Source: Spirochaetia bacterium (lineage in GTDB: Bacteria; Spirochaetota; Spirochaetia; SZUA-6; Bin103). From it: a DNA stretch of 64,000 nucleotides. The DNA lies in the NCBI GenBank assembly GCA_965199955.1, contig CBDATQ010000002.1, forward strand, positions 832,001-896,000. The letters run 5' to 3'. Each line of letters begins with the position of its first letter. The first letter of the stretch is position 1. The notes under the pieces were generated by a model. It worked only from the letters and a program-made list of their open reading frames with translations, was not told the DNA's origin and did no database searches. The position numbers were made by a program, and so were the translations under genes. Positions 36,942-46,640 of the stretch are shown piece after piece.

Positions 36942-37853
36942 CTAACCCTTGATGGAGCCGATCAGGATGCCCTTGATGAAGTAGCGCTGCAGGAACGGGT
37001 AGACCATCACGATCGGCAGGACCGTGACCAGCATGGTCGCGAACTGCACGCCCTCCGGATTGAGATGGTTGGTGATTTGTTCATCCTGCAGGGCCGCCAT
37101 TTCCTGGACGAAGCTGCCCAGGCTGCTCTGCTTGACGACGCGCAGCAGAACGGCCTGCAGAGTCTCCAGGGATTCCGAACGGGTGAAGTACAGCGTGTCG
37201 AACCAGGAGTTCCACTGTGCGACCCCGGCGAACAGGGCGATGGCGGCGATCAGGGGCATCGATATGGGGAAGTAGATCCTCACGAAGATGCGGAAGTAGC
37301 CGGCGCCGTCGATGCGCGCCGAGTCCTCCAGCGAGACCGGCAGGTCGTTGAAGCTGGTCATCATGATGATGACGTAGAAGAACGAGAAGAGCTGCGGAAA
37401 GATGTAGACCCAGAAGGTGTCCAGCAGCCCGAGAAACCGGAGGTTGAGGTAGATCGGAATCAGGCCGCCGGAAAAGAACAGCGGAATGGCGAAGATCACC
37501 AGGTACCAGTTGCGGAACGGCAGGTTGGGCTTGCGCAGCGCGAATGCGCACATCGCGCAGTTGAACACCGTGAACACGGTGCCGATCAAGGTCCGGGCCG
37601 TCGACGTCGTGAACGCGGTCAGCAGGCGATTGTTGGCGAAGATCACCTGGTAGTTCCTGAGCGTGAGGTCCGGGGGCAGCAGATACGCGGGACCGGCGTG
37701 GAGCTGGATGTTCACGGAGTTGATCAGGTAGTAATAGAACGGATAGATGATGGAGATGCCGAGCACCACGAGCGGCGCGTAGATCCCGGCGTACATCAGC
37801 GGCGTGACTCGCCGGTGGTGGGCAAGGATCCCGTGCTGGGCTCTTGAACCCAT
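36942..37853 (-). CDS. Carbohydrate ABC transporter permease (MalG-type), copy 1
   Basis: FSGGLIP.Y, SLEDSARIDGA, YPFLQRYFIKGILIGSIKG. Confidence 0.9.
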   Translation of the reverse strand: MGSRAQHGILAHHRRVTPLMYAGIYAPLVVLGISIIYPFYYYLINSVNIQLHAGPAYLLPPDLTLRNYQVIFANNRLLTAFTTSTARTLIGTVFTVFNCAMCAFALRKPNLPFRNWYLVIFAIPLFFSGGLIPIYLNLRFLGLLDTFWVYIFPQLFSFFYVIIMMTSFNDLPVSLEDSARIDGAGYFRIFVRIYFPISMPLIAAIALFAGVAQWNSWFDTLYFTRSESLETLQAVLLRVVKQSSLGSFVQEMAALQDEQITNHLNPEGVQFATMLVTVLPIVMVYPFLQRYFIKGILIGSIKG

Positions 37854-38827
37854 CAGAACAGCCCCTTGCCGGTGAGCCGCTTGCTGAGGTTGTTGACGGT
37901 CAGCAGGATTGCCAGGTTGATCACCGACTTGAACAGGCCGGCGGCGGTGGCGTAGGAGTAGCGGCCGTGCTCCAGTCCGACCCGCAGGATCAGCGTGTCG
38001 AAGATGTCCGACACCCCGCGGTTGAAGGGGTTGCCGAGCACGAACACCTGGTCGAAGGTGTCGCCGGTGCCCTGCATGATCTGCGAGCAACGCAGGATCA
38101 GCAGGATCATGAAGGTGCCGAGCAGGTGCGGCCAGGTGATGTGGATGGCCTTGGTCCAGCGCCCGCCACCGTCGATCTCGCACGCCTCATACATCTCCTG
38201 GTCGATGCCGGCGATCACGGCCAGATAGATAATCGACCCCCAGCCCACCTCCTTCCAGAAGTCGGAAAGGACCAGCAGCGGCCAGAAAAAGGTCTTGTCG
38301 GCGATCAGGTCCACCGGCTCGCCGATCAGCCCCAGGCCGAGCAGCAAGGCATTGAACGGCGATTCCGGGGTAGGCCGCAGGAAGTTGTACATCATGCCGC
38401 CCACCACCACCCAGGAGATGAAGTGCGGGAGATAGGAGACGGTCTGAGCCGTCTTCTTGAAGCCGCGGTGAATCACCTCGTTGAGCATCAGGGCCAGCAG
38501 CACCGGCGGCAGCGACAGCAGTCCCAGCTTGAGCGCCGAGATGACCAGGGTGTTGCGCAGCACCACGCTGAAGTTGGGCGCCTTGAAGAAGTCGATGAAG
38601 TGCTCGAAGCCGTTGTTGAATGCCCACGGACTGGCCCAGATGCCGGTGAACACGTCGTAGCGCTTGAAGGCGATGATGATCCCGTACAGCGGCAGATAGT
38701 TGAAGAGGATGGTGGCCAGCAGCGAAGGCAGGATCATCAGGTGCAGCATGTGGATGCCGCGGTCGGCCCACGTTCGCCGCCTGCGCGTGAGATGCCTGGT
38801 CAGGGTCCGTTGGGTGAGCTCACTCAT
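37853..38827 (-). CDS. Carbohydrate ABC transporter permease (LplB/MalF-type)
   Basis: YLPHFISWVVV, IIYLA.IAGID.EMYEA..IDG. Confidence 0.9.
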   Translation of the reverse strand: MSELTQRTLTRHLTRRRRTWADRGIHMLHLMILPSLLATILFNYLPLYGIIIAFKRYDVFTGIWASPWAFNNGFEHFIDFFKAPNFSVVLRNTLVISALKLGLLSLPPVLLALMLNEVIHRGFKKTAQTVSYLPHFISWVVVGGMMYNFLRPTPESPFNALLLGLGLIGEPVDLIADKTFFWPLLVLSDFWKEVGWGSIIYLAVIAGIDQEMYEACEIDGGGRWTKAIHITWPHLLGTFMILLILRCSQIMQGTGDTFDQVFVLGNPFNRGVSDIFDTLILRVGLEHGRYSYATAAGLFKSVINLAILLTVNNLSKRLTGKGLF

Positions 38828-38839
38828 CGCACTATTCGC

Positions 38840-38883
38840 AAAAGGGGCGGCGCCACGCGTCGGCTACGCGCGGCACCACCCCT
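38840..38883 (-). terminator. Stem-loop with short U-tract after the substrate-binding protein gene
   Basis: 18-bp stem (38843-38860 with 38866-38883) whose three mismatches are all G-U pairs on the minus-strand RNA; ends in CCCCUUUU. Confidence 0.65.
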
Positions 38884-38909
38884 CGTCAGGTCGTAGACGA
38901 GTCGACCTT

Positions 38910-40628
38910 CTACAGGCCGACGCTGTACTTGGCGACGCGCTCGGCGTGTCCGTTCAGTACCTGGGTGTACCAGGCGTTGAGCGTGTCCAGGCCGAGGTCA
39001 TGCATGGTGGCGATCATCTCGTCGTAGCCGGCCTGCACGGCGTCGGCGGGTCCGGAGATGATGTCGAAGATCTGCGTGCTGTAGTAGTCCTTGATCGTCG
39101 CGGCGATCTTCTCTTCCTCGGAACCGGCCGTGTAGTTGTCCACGCCGCGAAACTTCATCATGTCGGTATAGTTGGCGAGCGCCGTGTCATAGATCTGCTG
39201 CCCGATTTCGTCGAGATTCGGCCAGCCCCCCTGCTCGGCGGTGTACTTGTCGCGGAACAGGTACATCGATCCCAGTCCATATTTCGCGCGGAAAAGCTGA
39301 GGTCCCGGATTCTCCGCCTGGAAGTCCTTGAGATACTGCCTCGTCACCGGGATGTCGTACCCTCTGAAGTCCCTGGGGTCGGAATGGACGCCTTCGATCC
39401 CGAAGATCATGCGCTTCTGGGTCGACTCCTGAGCCAGCCAGTCCAGCCACTGGATCGCCCGGTCGGGGCGTTCCGCCTGCGTGGTGACCATCACTCCGGA
39501 GCCGCCGACGCCGCCGCGCAGGTCGTCGATCTCGTACTTCATGTGCGGCTCGATCGTGAATGCCGGCAGCATGATGAAGCGCAGGCTCTCCACGCCGAGC
39601 TTCTCTGCCAACGGCGCCCGAGCCTGTTTGAAATCCGTGGCGTTGTGGATGCCGGCCGCGTTGTCGGCGTCCTGGTTCAGCTCGGAGAAGATCTTGGTCA
39701 TCATGTTGCCCCAGAGCTGCGGCTGCTTCTCCGTGAACTCCGTGCGCGCGATGAGCTGCTCGTTGTACAGGGTGTTGGCGAATTGCAGCACCTTCACGAA
39801 GTCTTCGTGCTCCCAGTACTTGTACCACACGCCGTCATCGCGCTGGAAGAAGCGCTGGTTGAGACCGCCCAGCGGCAGCGAACGCTCGACCACCCGCGGA
39901 TTGCCGTCCTTGTCCGGTGAGGGGCCGCGCAGCGACTGCACGGGCGTCAGCTCCGGGAACTCCTGCTTCACGCGGCGCAGCAGGTCGATGTAGTCGTCGG
40001 TGTTGTTGATCTCCGGTGCGCCGAGGTGCTCGTAGACTTCCTTGAGCACGGTCACGCCCTGCATCGCCTTGAGCACGAGCGGGCTTTCTATCTGCTCGTC
40101 GGTCACGTAATAGGACGGATGGAAGTAGAACCCCATGTCGTCGAAGTGCATGCGGTAGTACAGCCGGATGCGACTGTCCCAGTTGTCCATGTACTTGGGC
40201 GCGAACTTCTGGCTCAGCGCATCCAGGTCGTGGACGAGGCCGCGCTGCACGAGCTGGGTAGCCTGCTGCAGGTTGTGGCTCAGCCGCATCATGTCGGGCA
40301 GGTCGCCGGAGGCGAGCAGCACGTTGAGCATGGTCTGGTCGCTGTCGGGCGCGAAGGTCATGTCGAAGTCGACGCCGTTCTCCTCCACGAAGATCTTGGT
40401 GAGCTCGTCGTCGCCGTAGTGCTCGTTGAGGTTGCTGTCGCTGCCCGCCATGGCGTCGAAGAAGAACGTCAGCGTGATCGGGCTGGTGTCGGTGGTCCAG
40501 CTCGGATCGGCGATGACCATGTCCTCGGCAGCCGCGGCTTCCTCCGAGGAGCCTTCGGCCCAAGCGGTCATGCTGAACGCGAGCAGCAGTGCCAGTGCGA
40601 TACCGGCGATGCCGGTCAACTTACCCAT
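38910..40628 (-). CDS. Extracellular carbohydrate-binding protein of the ABC importer
   Basis: Signal peptide, LLASGDLPDM, ITLTFF; heads the permease genes; AGGGGG RBS. Confidence 0.85.
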   Translation of the reverse strand: MGKLTGIAGIALALLLAFSMTAWAEGSSEEAAAAEDMVIADPSWTTDTSPITLTFFFDAMAGSDSNLNEHYGDDELTKIFVEENGVDFDMTFAPDSDQTMLNVLLASGDLPDMMRLSHNLQQATQLVQRGLVHDLDALSQKFAPKYMDNWDSRIRLYYRMHFDDMGFYFHPSYYVTDEQIESPLVLKAMQGVTVLKEVYEHLGAPEINNTDDYIDLLRRVKQEFPELTPVQSLRGPSPDKDGNPRVVERSLPLGGLNQRFFQRDDGVWYKYWEHEDFVKVLQFANTLYNEQLIARTEFTEKQPQLWGNMMTKIFSELNQDADNAAGIHNATDFKQARAPLAEKLGVESLRFIMLPAFTIEPHMKYEIDDLRGGVGGSGVMVTTQAERPDRAIQWLDWLAQESTQKRMIFGIEGVHSDPRDFRGYDIPVTRQYLKDFQAENPGPQLFRAKYGLGSMYLFRDKYTAEQGGWPNLDEIGQQIYDTALANYTDMMKFRGVDNYTAGSEEEKIAATIKDYYSTQIFDIISGPADAVQAGYDEMIATMHDLGLDTLNAWYTQVLNGHAERVAKYSVGL

Positions 40629-40705
40629 AGGTATCCCCCTTAAGGATAGAAAGGTGATTGGGCAGAATGCTGGCCCCATGCGCGCAGCCCCGTCAAGGGG
40701 CGGAG

Positions 40706-41704
40706 TCAGGCGGAGCGCAGAAACAGGTCGCGGCCAGCGACCAGCGCCCGCAGCTTGCCGTCGGCCGCGGAGCGCGGCAGCATCCGCAGGCCGCAGTCGG
40801 GATGCAGGTAGGCGATGCGCTCGGCCCCGACGCGCTGCGCCAGCTCCTCGATGCGGCGCGCCACCTGGCCCGGCGTCTCCACCTGCAGGTCCTTGACGTC
40901 GATCACGCCCAGTCCCAGGCGGATGCCGGCGCGCACGTCGGCCAGGCGGTCCAGGTCCTCAGGCGCGCGGCGGGTGGTCTCCAGCACCAGGTGGTCGCAG
41001 CGCAGCGCGTTCATGAAGTCGATCAGCCGGCCGTAGTCGCCGCTCTGGATCATCTGCCCGCCGTAGTTGCCGAAGCACAGGTGCACGGCCCGCTCGGTGC
41101 CGGGCTCGACGCCGTCGAGCATCCGGTTGATGGCGGCGGCCGCGAGCGGGCCGTCGCCGGGCGAGCCGGGCAGGTTGGGCTCGTCCACCTGCACGACGGC
41201 GGCGCCGATGCCCGCAAGTTGGCCGGCGAGCAGCTCCGCGAGCGCCATCGCCAGCGACTCCAGGTCGCCGTAGTGGGCGTCCGCCACCGTCCGGGCGATC
41301 AGGTAGGGGCTCGACACCGTGAACTTGAGCGGTGCGTCGGTGAGCACGCGGGCGCGGTCCCAGTCCCGCTTCAGGTTCAGGCGACCGTCGCCGAGCGGCC
41401 CGACCACGACGCCGGGCGGGGCGCTGCGGAAGGCCATCTCGTCTCGTGCCCGCCAGGCTTCGAGCTGCACTCGTGTGAGCTCCGTGCTCACGCCCGCAAG
41501 CGGGCGCACGAAGCGCTCCACCATCCCGCCGGGCGCGCGCCGCTGCAGGTCCCAGCGGCCAAGCTCGCCGTCGCAGATCACCTCGACGCCGGCGCGTCGC
41601 TGGGCGTCCATGACCACGGTCAGCGCATCGGCCAGCGCCTCTTCATCCTGGCACTGCTTCAGCCACTCGGGGACGGGATAGCTGCCGACGACGGTGGTCT
41701 TCAC
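40706..41704 (-). CDS. Cobalamin-independent methionine synthase II family protein (single MetE-like barrel)
   Basis: TTVVGSYP.P, DGE, QVDEP, HLCFGN, LVLE, HPDCGL (Zn ligands H, C, E, C). Confidence 0.85.
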   Translation of the reverse strand: MKTTVVGSYPVPEWLKQCQDEEALADALTVVMDAQRRAGVEVICDGELGRWDLQRRAPGGMVERFVRPLAGVSTELTRVQLEAWRARDEMAFRSAPPGVVVGPLGDGRLNLKRDWDRARVLTDAPLKFTVSSPYLIARTVADAHYGDLESLAMALAELLAGQLAGIGAAVVQVDEPNLPGSPGDGPLAAAAINRMLDGVEPGTERAVHLCFGNYGGQMIQSGDYGRLIDFMNALRCDHLVLETTRRAPEDLDRLADVRAGIRLGLGVIDVKDLQVETPGQVARRIEELAQRVGAERIAYLHPDCGLRMLPRSAADGKLRALVAGRDLFLRSA

Positions 41705-42615
41705 CGGGCGCCGCTCCGCGCTTCCTTCCAGGAGCAGAACCGCTCGGCCGACACCGCGCCGTCATACGCGGCGACGCGCAGTGCCGTCTCCCAGGTCTCG
41801 CCATCGGCGACCGACACGTCGTCGTCCATGGTGGCGTTGAACATCGCCATCCCGTAGTCGCGGACGAACCACGGCCCGGTGCGGCGGGCGCTCGCGGTGT
41901 TGTTCAGGACCAGCAGGCAGACGCCGAAGCGCCCCAGGCCGGCCGGCTCCGCCTCGTACGCCACGAAGTCGCGCTCCTTGCCGAACGCGACCTCGTCGGC
42001 GGTGCCGCGGTGGAGCTCCGCGCCCGCGCCGGCGACCATCTCGCCCTCGAACGGCGGCAGGAGCTGAGGCTGGACCCGGACCCCGATCGAGCCGTGCTTG
42101 TTGGCCTCGAAGCGCAACTCGCCGTAGGCCGCGGTCTTGCGGGAGATGAGGTCACAGATCGTGGCGTCGTCGGCGGCGTACAGATCGAAGTGCCGCACCT
42201 CGTCGAGCACCGGCGCTCCGTTACAGCCCTCCCAGGTGCTCCGATACGTGAAGCGGAAGCCGGTTTCCAGCGGCGTGATATCGGCGCGCTGTCGATAGCG
42301 GATCCGGCCCAGGTGGTTGTAGACGTGAGAGTCCGGCGAGCGCCAGTCGGGATGCACCACCCAGAAGTTGGACAGCACGCCGCCGCACACCACCCGCGCC
42401 TGGGCCACGAACACGCCGTTGTGGAACGCGTGATCGAAGGCGTACTCCTGCGTCACGCCCAGGCCGCGCGGGGTGTTCAGCGGATAACACCACGCGCGCA
42501 GGTCGTTGTGGCCGACCCCGCCGAGCAAGCGGCCGGTGGCTTGCTCCATGACCATATTGCCCAGCGCGTCGTTGTCACCCGCGCGCCGTATTGCGAAGCC
42601 GGTGTCCGTGCCCAT
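41701..42615 (-). CDS. DUF6807 (so-called PmoA family) hypothetical protein
   Basis: YPLNTPRG..VT...DH.FHNGVF, NFW, PWFVRDYG. Confidence 0.65.
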   Translation of the reverse strand: MGTDTGFAIRRAGDNDALGNMVMEQATGRLLGGVGHNDLRAWCYPLNTPRGLGVTQEYAFDHAFHNGVFVAQARVVCGGVLSNFWVVHPDWRSPDSHVYNHLGRIRYRQRADITPLETGFRFTYRSTWEGCNGAPVLDEVRHFDLYAADDATICDLISRKTAAYGELRFEANKHGSIGVRVQPQLLPPFEGEMVAGAGAELHRGTADEVAFGKERDFVAYEAEPAGLGRFGVCLLVLNNTASARRTGPWFVRDYGMAMFNATMDDDVSVADGETWETALRVAAYDGAVSAERFCSWKEARSGAR

Positions 42616-42705
42616 GGCCACACCGTGGCGCAGCGCTCCATTCGCGTCCACCTCTTGCACCGATCCGTTGACTCGTTCCAGGACCTTGCATCAGCATGCT
42701 TACGT

Positions 42706-42957
42706 ATGGATACGGTCCTGTCGACAAGAATCGACGAAGGGGTTGCGCACACCCTGGATGATCTTGCCGCCACGCTCCGCATCCCCAAGAAGCGCATCGT
42801 CGAGGACGCGATCCGTCTCTACAGCGAGACGATCGAGCACACGGCGGACCCCATCGATGCGTCGTTCGGTGCCTGGCGTCGATCCGAGGCGCCGGATGAG
42901 CTGCGCCGGCGCATGCGAGCCGCCTTCGAGGACTCGATGCATCGGCACCGGACATGA
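42706..42957 (+). CDS. vapB: Ribbon-helix-helix antitoxin
   Basis: VLSTRIDE....LDDLAATLRIPKKRIVEDAI, SFGAW; ATGA overlap with a PIN gene. Confidence 0.75.
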   Translation: MDTVLSTRIDEGVAHTLDDLAATLRIPKKRIVEDAIRLYSETIEHTADPIDASFGAWRRSEAPDELRRRMRAAFEDSMHRHRT

Positions 42958-43343
42958 GGGCTTACGTCGATGCCGACGTGCTGATCTGGCACCTGCGCGG
43001 CCTGCCTGCCGCTGGTGGATTCATCTCGGGTCTCCGTGCGAATCCGGTGTACGAGCTCTGGGTGGGCGCGCTGCAGAGGGCGGAGGTCCTCTTCTTCATG
43101 CGCCCGGATGAAGAAGAGGCGACCCTCGGGCTATTCTCGCAGTTCAAGACAGCGCCAGTGGATCAGGACATCGTCGATGCTGCGGCGGCACTCTACCGCC
43201 GCTGGAACCCCTCGCATGGAGTGGACGTCAACGATGCCATGCTGGCAGCCACGGTGCGCGCTACCGGGGGGAAGCTGTACTGTCTGAATACCCGCCACTA
43301 CCCGATGGATGACGTGCTGGTGGAGCGGGCGTGGGCGTCCTGA
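42954..43343 (+). CDS. vapC: PIN-domain toxin
   Basis: YVDADVLIWHLRG, RAEV, NDAMLAAT, LNTRHYP. Confidence 0.88.
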   Translation: MRAYVDADVLIWHLRGLPAAGGFISGLRANPVYELWVGALQRAEVLFFMRPDEEEATLGLFSQFKTAPVDQDIVDAAAALYRRWNPSHGVDVNDAMLAATVRATGGKLYCLNTRHYPMDDVLVERAWAS

Positions 43344-43388
43344 TCCGGGCGGCGCCGCGTCCGTGACGTACCCACAGAGGAAACAGGC

Positions 43389-46300
43389 ATGGAACAACTG
43401 CCGCTGATCGACGTCGCCGAGCCGGATCGGATCGACGCCCTGACCACCGCGCCCGGCACCTTTGCCTTTCGCGCCGACGCCGCCGAGAACCTGGACGGCC
43501 TGGTGCCCGACATCGGGCTGACCGGCAAGTATCCCTTCCGCAGCGTGTACCGGCCGCGCAGCTTCGCCCGCGCCGGTCTGCCGGCCACGCTCACCCACCG
43601 CTTCTGGGACACCATCGACGGCACCGACGACCATACCGGACGGCGCTGGATCGGCGTGGTGATGTACGACGAGCACGGTTGCGAGTGTCCCCTGGAGGTG
43701 ACTCTGGGCGCCGATACGATCGGCCGCATCGCGCCGTTCCGGCACGACAACCGGCGCCATCTCTACGTCGTGGACCGCCCCGTGGACTTCAGGGGGGAGA
43801 TGGAGGTGCTGCGCATCACCGGCACCGGCGACGCGTCGTACCGCCTGGAGCAGGTGCTGTTGCTCGGCGCGCGCCCGGAGCCCACCTGCTACCGGCCGCG
43901 CATCGACCGGCTGACCGCGCGGCTGGGGATGAGCCCGGACGGCTCGTTCACGGTGGCCGTCGATGCCACGACCTGGCCGGCGTCCCGCTGCAGCGTCACG
44001 GTGACCCGCGCCGATACCGGCGAACCGGTCGCCGAGGCGGCCGAGGAGGAGTCGCTGAGCCTGCACTCGATCGACGTGAACGGGTTGCCGGAGCCGCCCG
44101 CGGCCGGGTATCGGGCGCGTGTCCGCGCGACCGAGGCGGACGGGCTCGTGCAGACGGCGCAAGCAGCCGTGACCGGCGAGTCCGGCGCCGCCGCCGGCCC
44201 GGTGAGGGTCCCCGTGGAACTGTACAACCTCGCCGGCGCCGCGTTGGCCGACCAGCCGATCACCTTCGGGGTGCCCCTGCCGAGGGGCCGGGTGATGGGC
44301 GCCGCCGAAGGAAGCTGGGAATCGGCAGGCACGGCCACGCCGGTGCAGTGCCGGCCGCACGGTTTCTGGCCGGACGGGTCGGCGAGCTGGATGCTCATTG
44401 ACGGGCGCCTGCCGCGGGCGCTCACGCCGGACGCTGATCTGGCCGGCTCCGTGACCATCGGTCCCGCGGCCGCTGGTGCGCGGCCGGACGGCGGTCTGCG
44501 CTGCACGTCGGGCGACGGCGCCGTGACCGTGTCCGGGGGCTCGTTGCGCGTGAGCGTGACGGCCGGCGCGGTCGAGCCGCTGCCGGTGATCGAGACGCGG
44601 TCCGGCGACGGCTCGTGGCGCGCGGCGCATGCCGGCAGCGCCGCCACGCTCACGCTGGGCAGCGGCGTGGATCTGCGCCAGGGGCCGATCCGGGACCTCT
44701 CCCTCGAAGAGGAGGGGTGGCAGCGCTCCGTGATCCGCTATCGCTTCGATCACCTCGATAGGGACGGGGTCGCGCACCTGACGAGCACCGTCCGCGTGCA
44801 TGTCTACAGCGGGCTGCAGGCGGTCCGGATCGTGCACCGCCTGGAGGTCACATCCCCGCACCTGCCGCCGGCCGCCGGCGGGACCGCCGACGACATCCCG
44901 GCGGGCGCCGCCACCGCGCGGGACGCCATTGCCGGCACCGACGGCGAGCAGGCGACGCTGCTGACGGTCCGGGGTGCGTCCCTGTGCATCAGCCGCGCAG
45001 GCAACCGTGCGGTCCGGTGGCCTGACGGACCCGAGGATGGCGCCGACCTCTCGCAGGGCGGGGCCGTGCGCCTGCTCCACGACCACGATCAGGCCTACCG
45101 CGTCGAGAACGGCGATGCGCCGCGCGAGGTCGCCGGCCGCGTTGCCGGCCACGTCACGGTGTGCGGCGCCGCCGATTCCGAAGGCGGATCCGCGGATACG
45201 CTCACCGTGGCTCTGCGGCGGTTCTGGCAGACCTGGCCGCGGGCCGTCCGGGTGAGCGGCGACGAGATCGCCGTGGAGTTGCTGCCGGCGTCGGCCGGAG
45301 CGGACCGGCCCGCGGACGAGGAGAGCTGGCACCGCATCTACTTCTGGCTGCGGGACGACGGCTACCTGCTCAAGGCGGGAATGGCCCTCACCAGCGACAT
45401 CCTGCTGGCCTGCGGGCCGCGTGACGAGGCGCTGCTCGCGTGGTTCGAGCAGCCGCCGGCGGTGCGTCCGTCCCTTGAGTGGCTCAACCGATGCGGCGTG
45501 CTCGGCCCGCTTGCTGCCAAGGATACGGGCGTGCCGGGTGCCTACGAACGTGCGCTGGACTCCGGGTACGAGCAGTGGATGGCCGACCGCGACATCTGGC
45601 GCCAGTACGGCTGGGTGAACTTCGGCGACTGGTACGGCGAGAGCGCCTGGTCGTGGGGCAACAACGAGTACGATCCGCCCTTCGCGCACTACAGCGAGTT
45701 CCTGCGCGGCGGCGATCCTCGGTGGTCCATCCTGGGCGCCGAGGCGGCGCGCCACCTGACCGACGTGGACACCGTCAACGCCTCCACGGACGCCACTCAG
45801 GTGGGCGCTCAGTACACCCACATGCCGGGCCACGCCGGCGGCTACCTGCCGCCGTACTTCCGCAGCAAGATGGGCGGTTCCTCGAGCGTGCCGTCGCACA
45901 CCTGGGTCGAGGGGCCGGTGCTGCACTACCTGTTGACCGGCGACGAGAACTTGCGGGAGTCGCTCGACCGCACCGCCGGCTGGCTGCTCGGGGCGGGGCT
46001 CAAGGACTTCGCCGGCGGCATCCAGCACTACGACTTCGCCAACTGCCGCGAGTGCGGCTGGCATCTGATCCACCTCACCGCGCTGGCGCGCATGAGCGCC
46101 TCGCCCCGCTACCTCAACGCCGCCGCGCTGATCGTCGACCGGGTGCTCGTGCGGCAGGAGCCCGAAGGCGGCTGGGAGCGCGTTCTCAAGGAGGGCCACT
46201 GCGGGTGCGAGCCGCCGCGCGAGCGCGGCGAGGCCGGCTTCATGGTCGGGGTGCTGCTGTCCGGGCTGCGCCGGTATCACGAGCTCACCGGCGACGACCG

Positions 46301-46631
46301 GGTCGCGGAGGCCATCCTGGGCGGCGTGCGCTGGCTCATCCGCCGCACCTACGACGCCGACAGCGGCCACTTCCGCTACACGCCGTGCCTGCACCGGGGC
46401 GGTGGTCCGCAGGCCGGGTTCACCCGCCAGGTGGTCGAGGGCATCGCCTACGCCCACGCGCTGAACGGCGACGGCGAGCTGCGCGAGATCGTCGAGCGTG
46501 GCCTGCGCGATCTCGGCGATCTGCCTGAAGCCTCCCCGGACTCCGGCCACTCCGGCTTCGGAAAGGACTGGGCCAGCCAGACCCGCTACGTACCGTCACT
46601 GCTGGCCTACCTTGCCGGCACCGGACGCTGA
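43389..46631 (+). CDS. Large PcRGLX/YetA-like (exo-rhamnogalacturonan lyase-like) protein with extra N-terminal region
   Basis: PITFGVPLPRG..WPDGSASWMLID, FWQTWP, YGWVNFGDW..WGNNEYD, H..DVD; helical C-terminal half. Confidence 0.6.
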   Translation: MEQLPLIDVAEPDRIDALTTAPGTFAFRADAAENLDGLVPDIGLTGKYPFRSVYRPRSFARAGLPATLTHRFWDTIDGTDDHTGRRWIGVVMYDEHGCECPLEVTLGADTIGRIAPFRHDNRRHLYVVDRPVDFRGEMEVLRITGTGDASYRLEQVLLLGARPEPTCYRPRIDRLTARLGMSPDGSFTVAVDATTWPASRCSVTVTRADTGEPVAEAAEEESLSLHSIDVNGLPEPPAAGYRARVRATEADGLVQTAQAAVTGESGAAAGPVRVPVELYNLAGAALADQPITFGVPLPRGRVMGAAEGSWESAGTATPVQCRPHGFWPDGSASWMLIDGRLPRALTPDADLAGSVTIGPAAAGARPDGGLRCTSGDGAVTVSGGSLRVSVTAGAVEPLPVIETRSGDGSWRAAHAGSAATLTLGSGVDLRQGPIRDLSLEEEGWQRSVIRYRFDHLDRDGVAHLTSTVRVHVYSGLQAVRIVHRLEVTSPHLPPAAGGTADDIPAGAATARDAIAGTDGEQATLLTVRGASLCISRAGNRAVRWPDGPEDGADLSQGGAVRLLHDHDQAYRVENGDAPREVAGRVAGHVTVCGAADSEGGSADTLTVALRRFWQTWPRAVRVSGDEIAVELLPASAGADRPADEESWHRIYFWLRDDGYLLKAGMALTSDILLACGPRDEALLAWFEQPPAVRPSLEWLNRCGVLGPLAAKDTGVPGAYERALDSGYEQWMADRDIWRQYGWVNFGDWYGESAWSWGNNEYDPPFAHYSEFLRGGDPRWSILGAEAARHLTDVDTVNASTDATQVGAQYTHMPGHAGGYLPPYFRSKMGGSSSVPSHTWVEGPVLHYLLTGDENLRESLDRTAGWLLGAGLKDFAGGIQHYDFANCRECGWHLIHLTALARMSASPRYLNAAALIVDRVLVRQEPEGGWERVLKEGHCGCEPPRERGEAGFMVGVLLSGLRRYHELTGDDRVAEAILGGVRWLIRRTYDADSGHFRYTPCLHRGGGPQAGFTRQVVEGIAYAHALNGDGELREIVERGLRDLGDLPEASPDSGHSGFGKDWASQTRYVPSLLAYLAGTGR

Positions 46632-46640
46632 GGAGTGCGC

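Noticed and set aside
41701..42615. Particulate methane monooxygenase
   Set aside because: Soluble DUF6807-like protein with no TM helices and no pmoC or pmoB; the family name is misleading.
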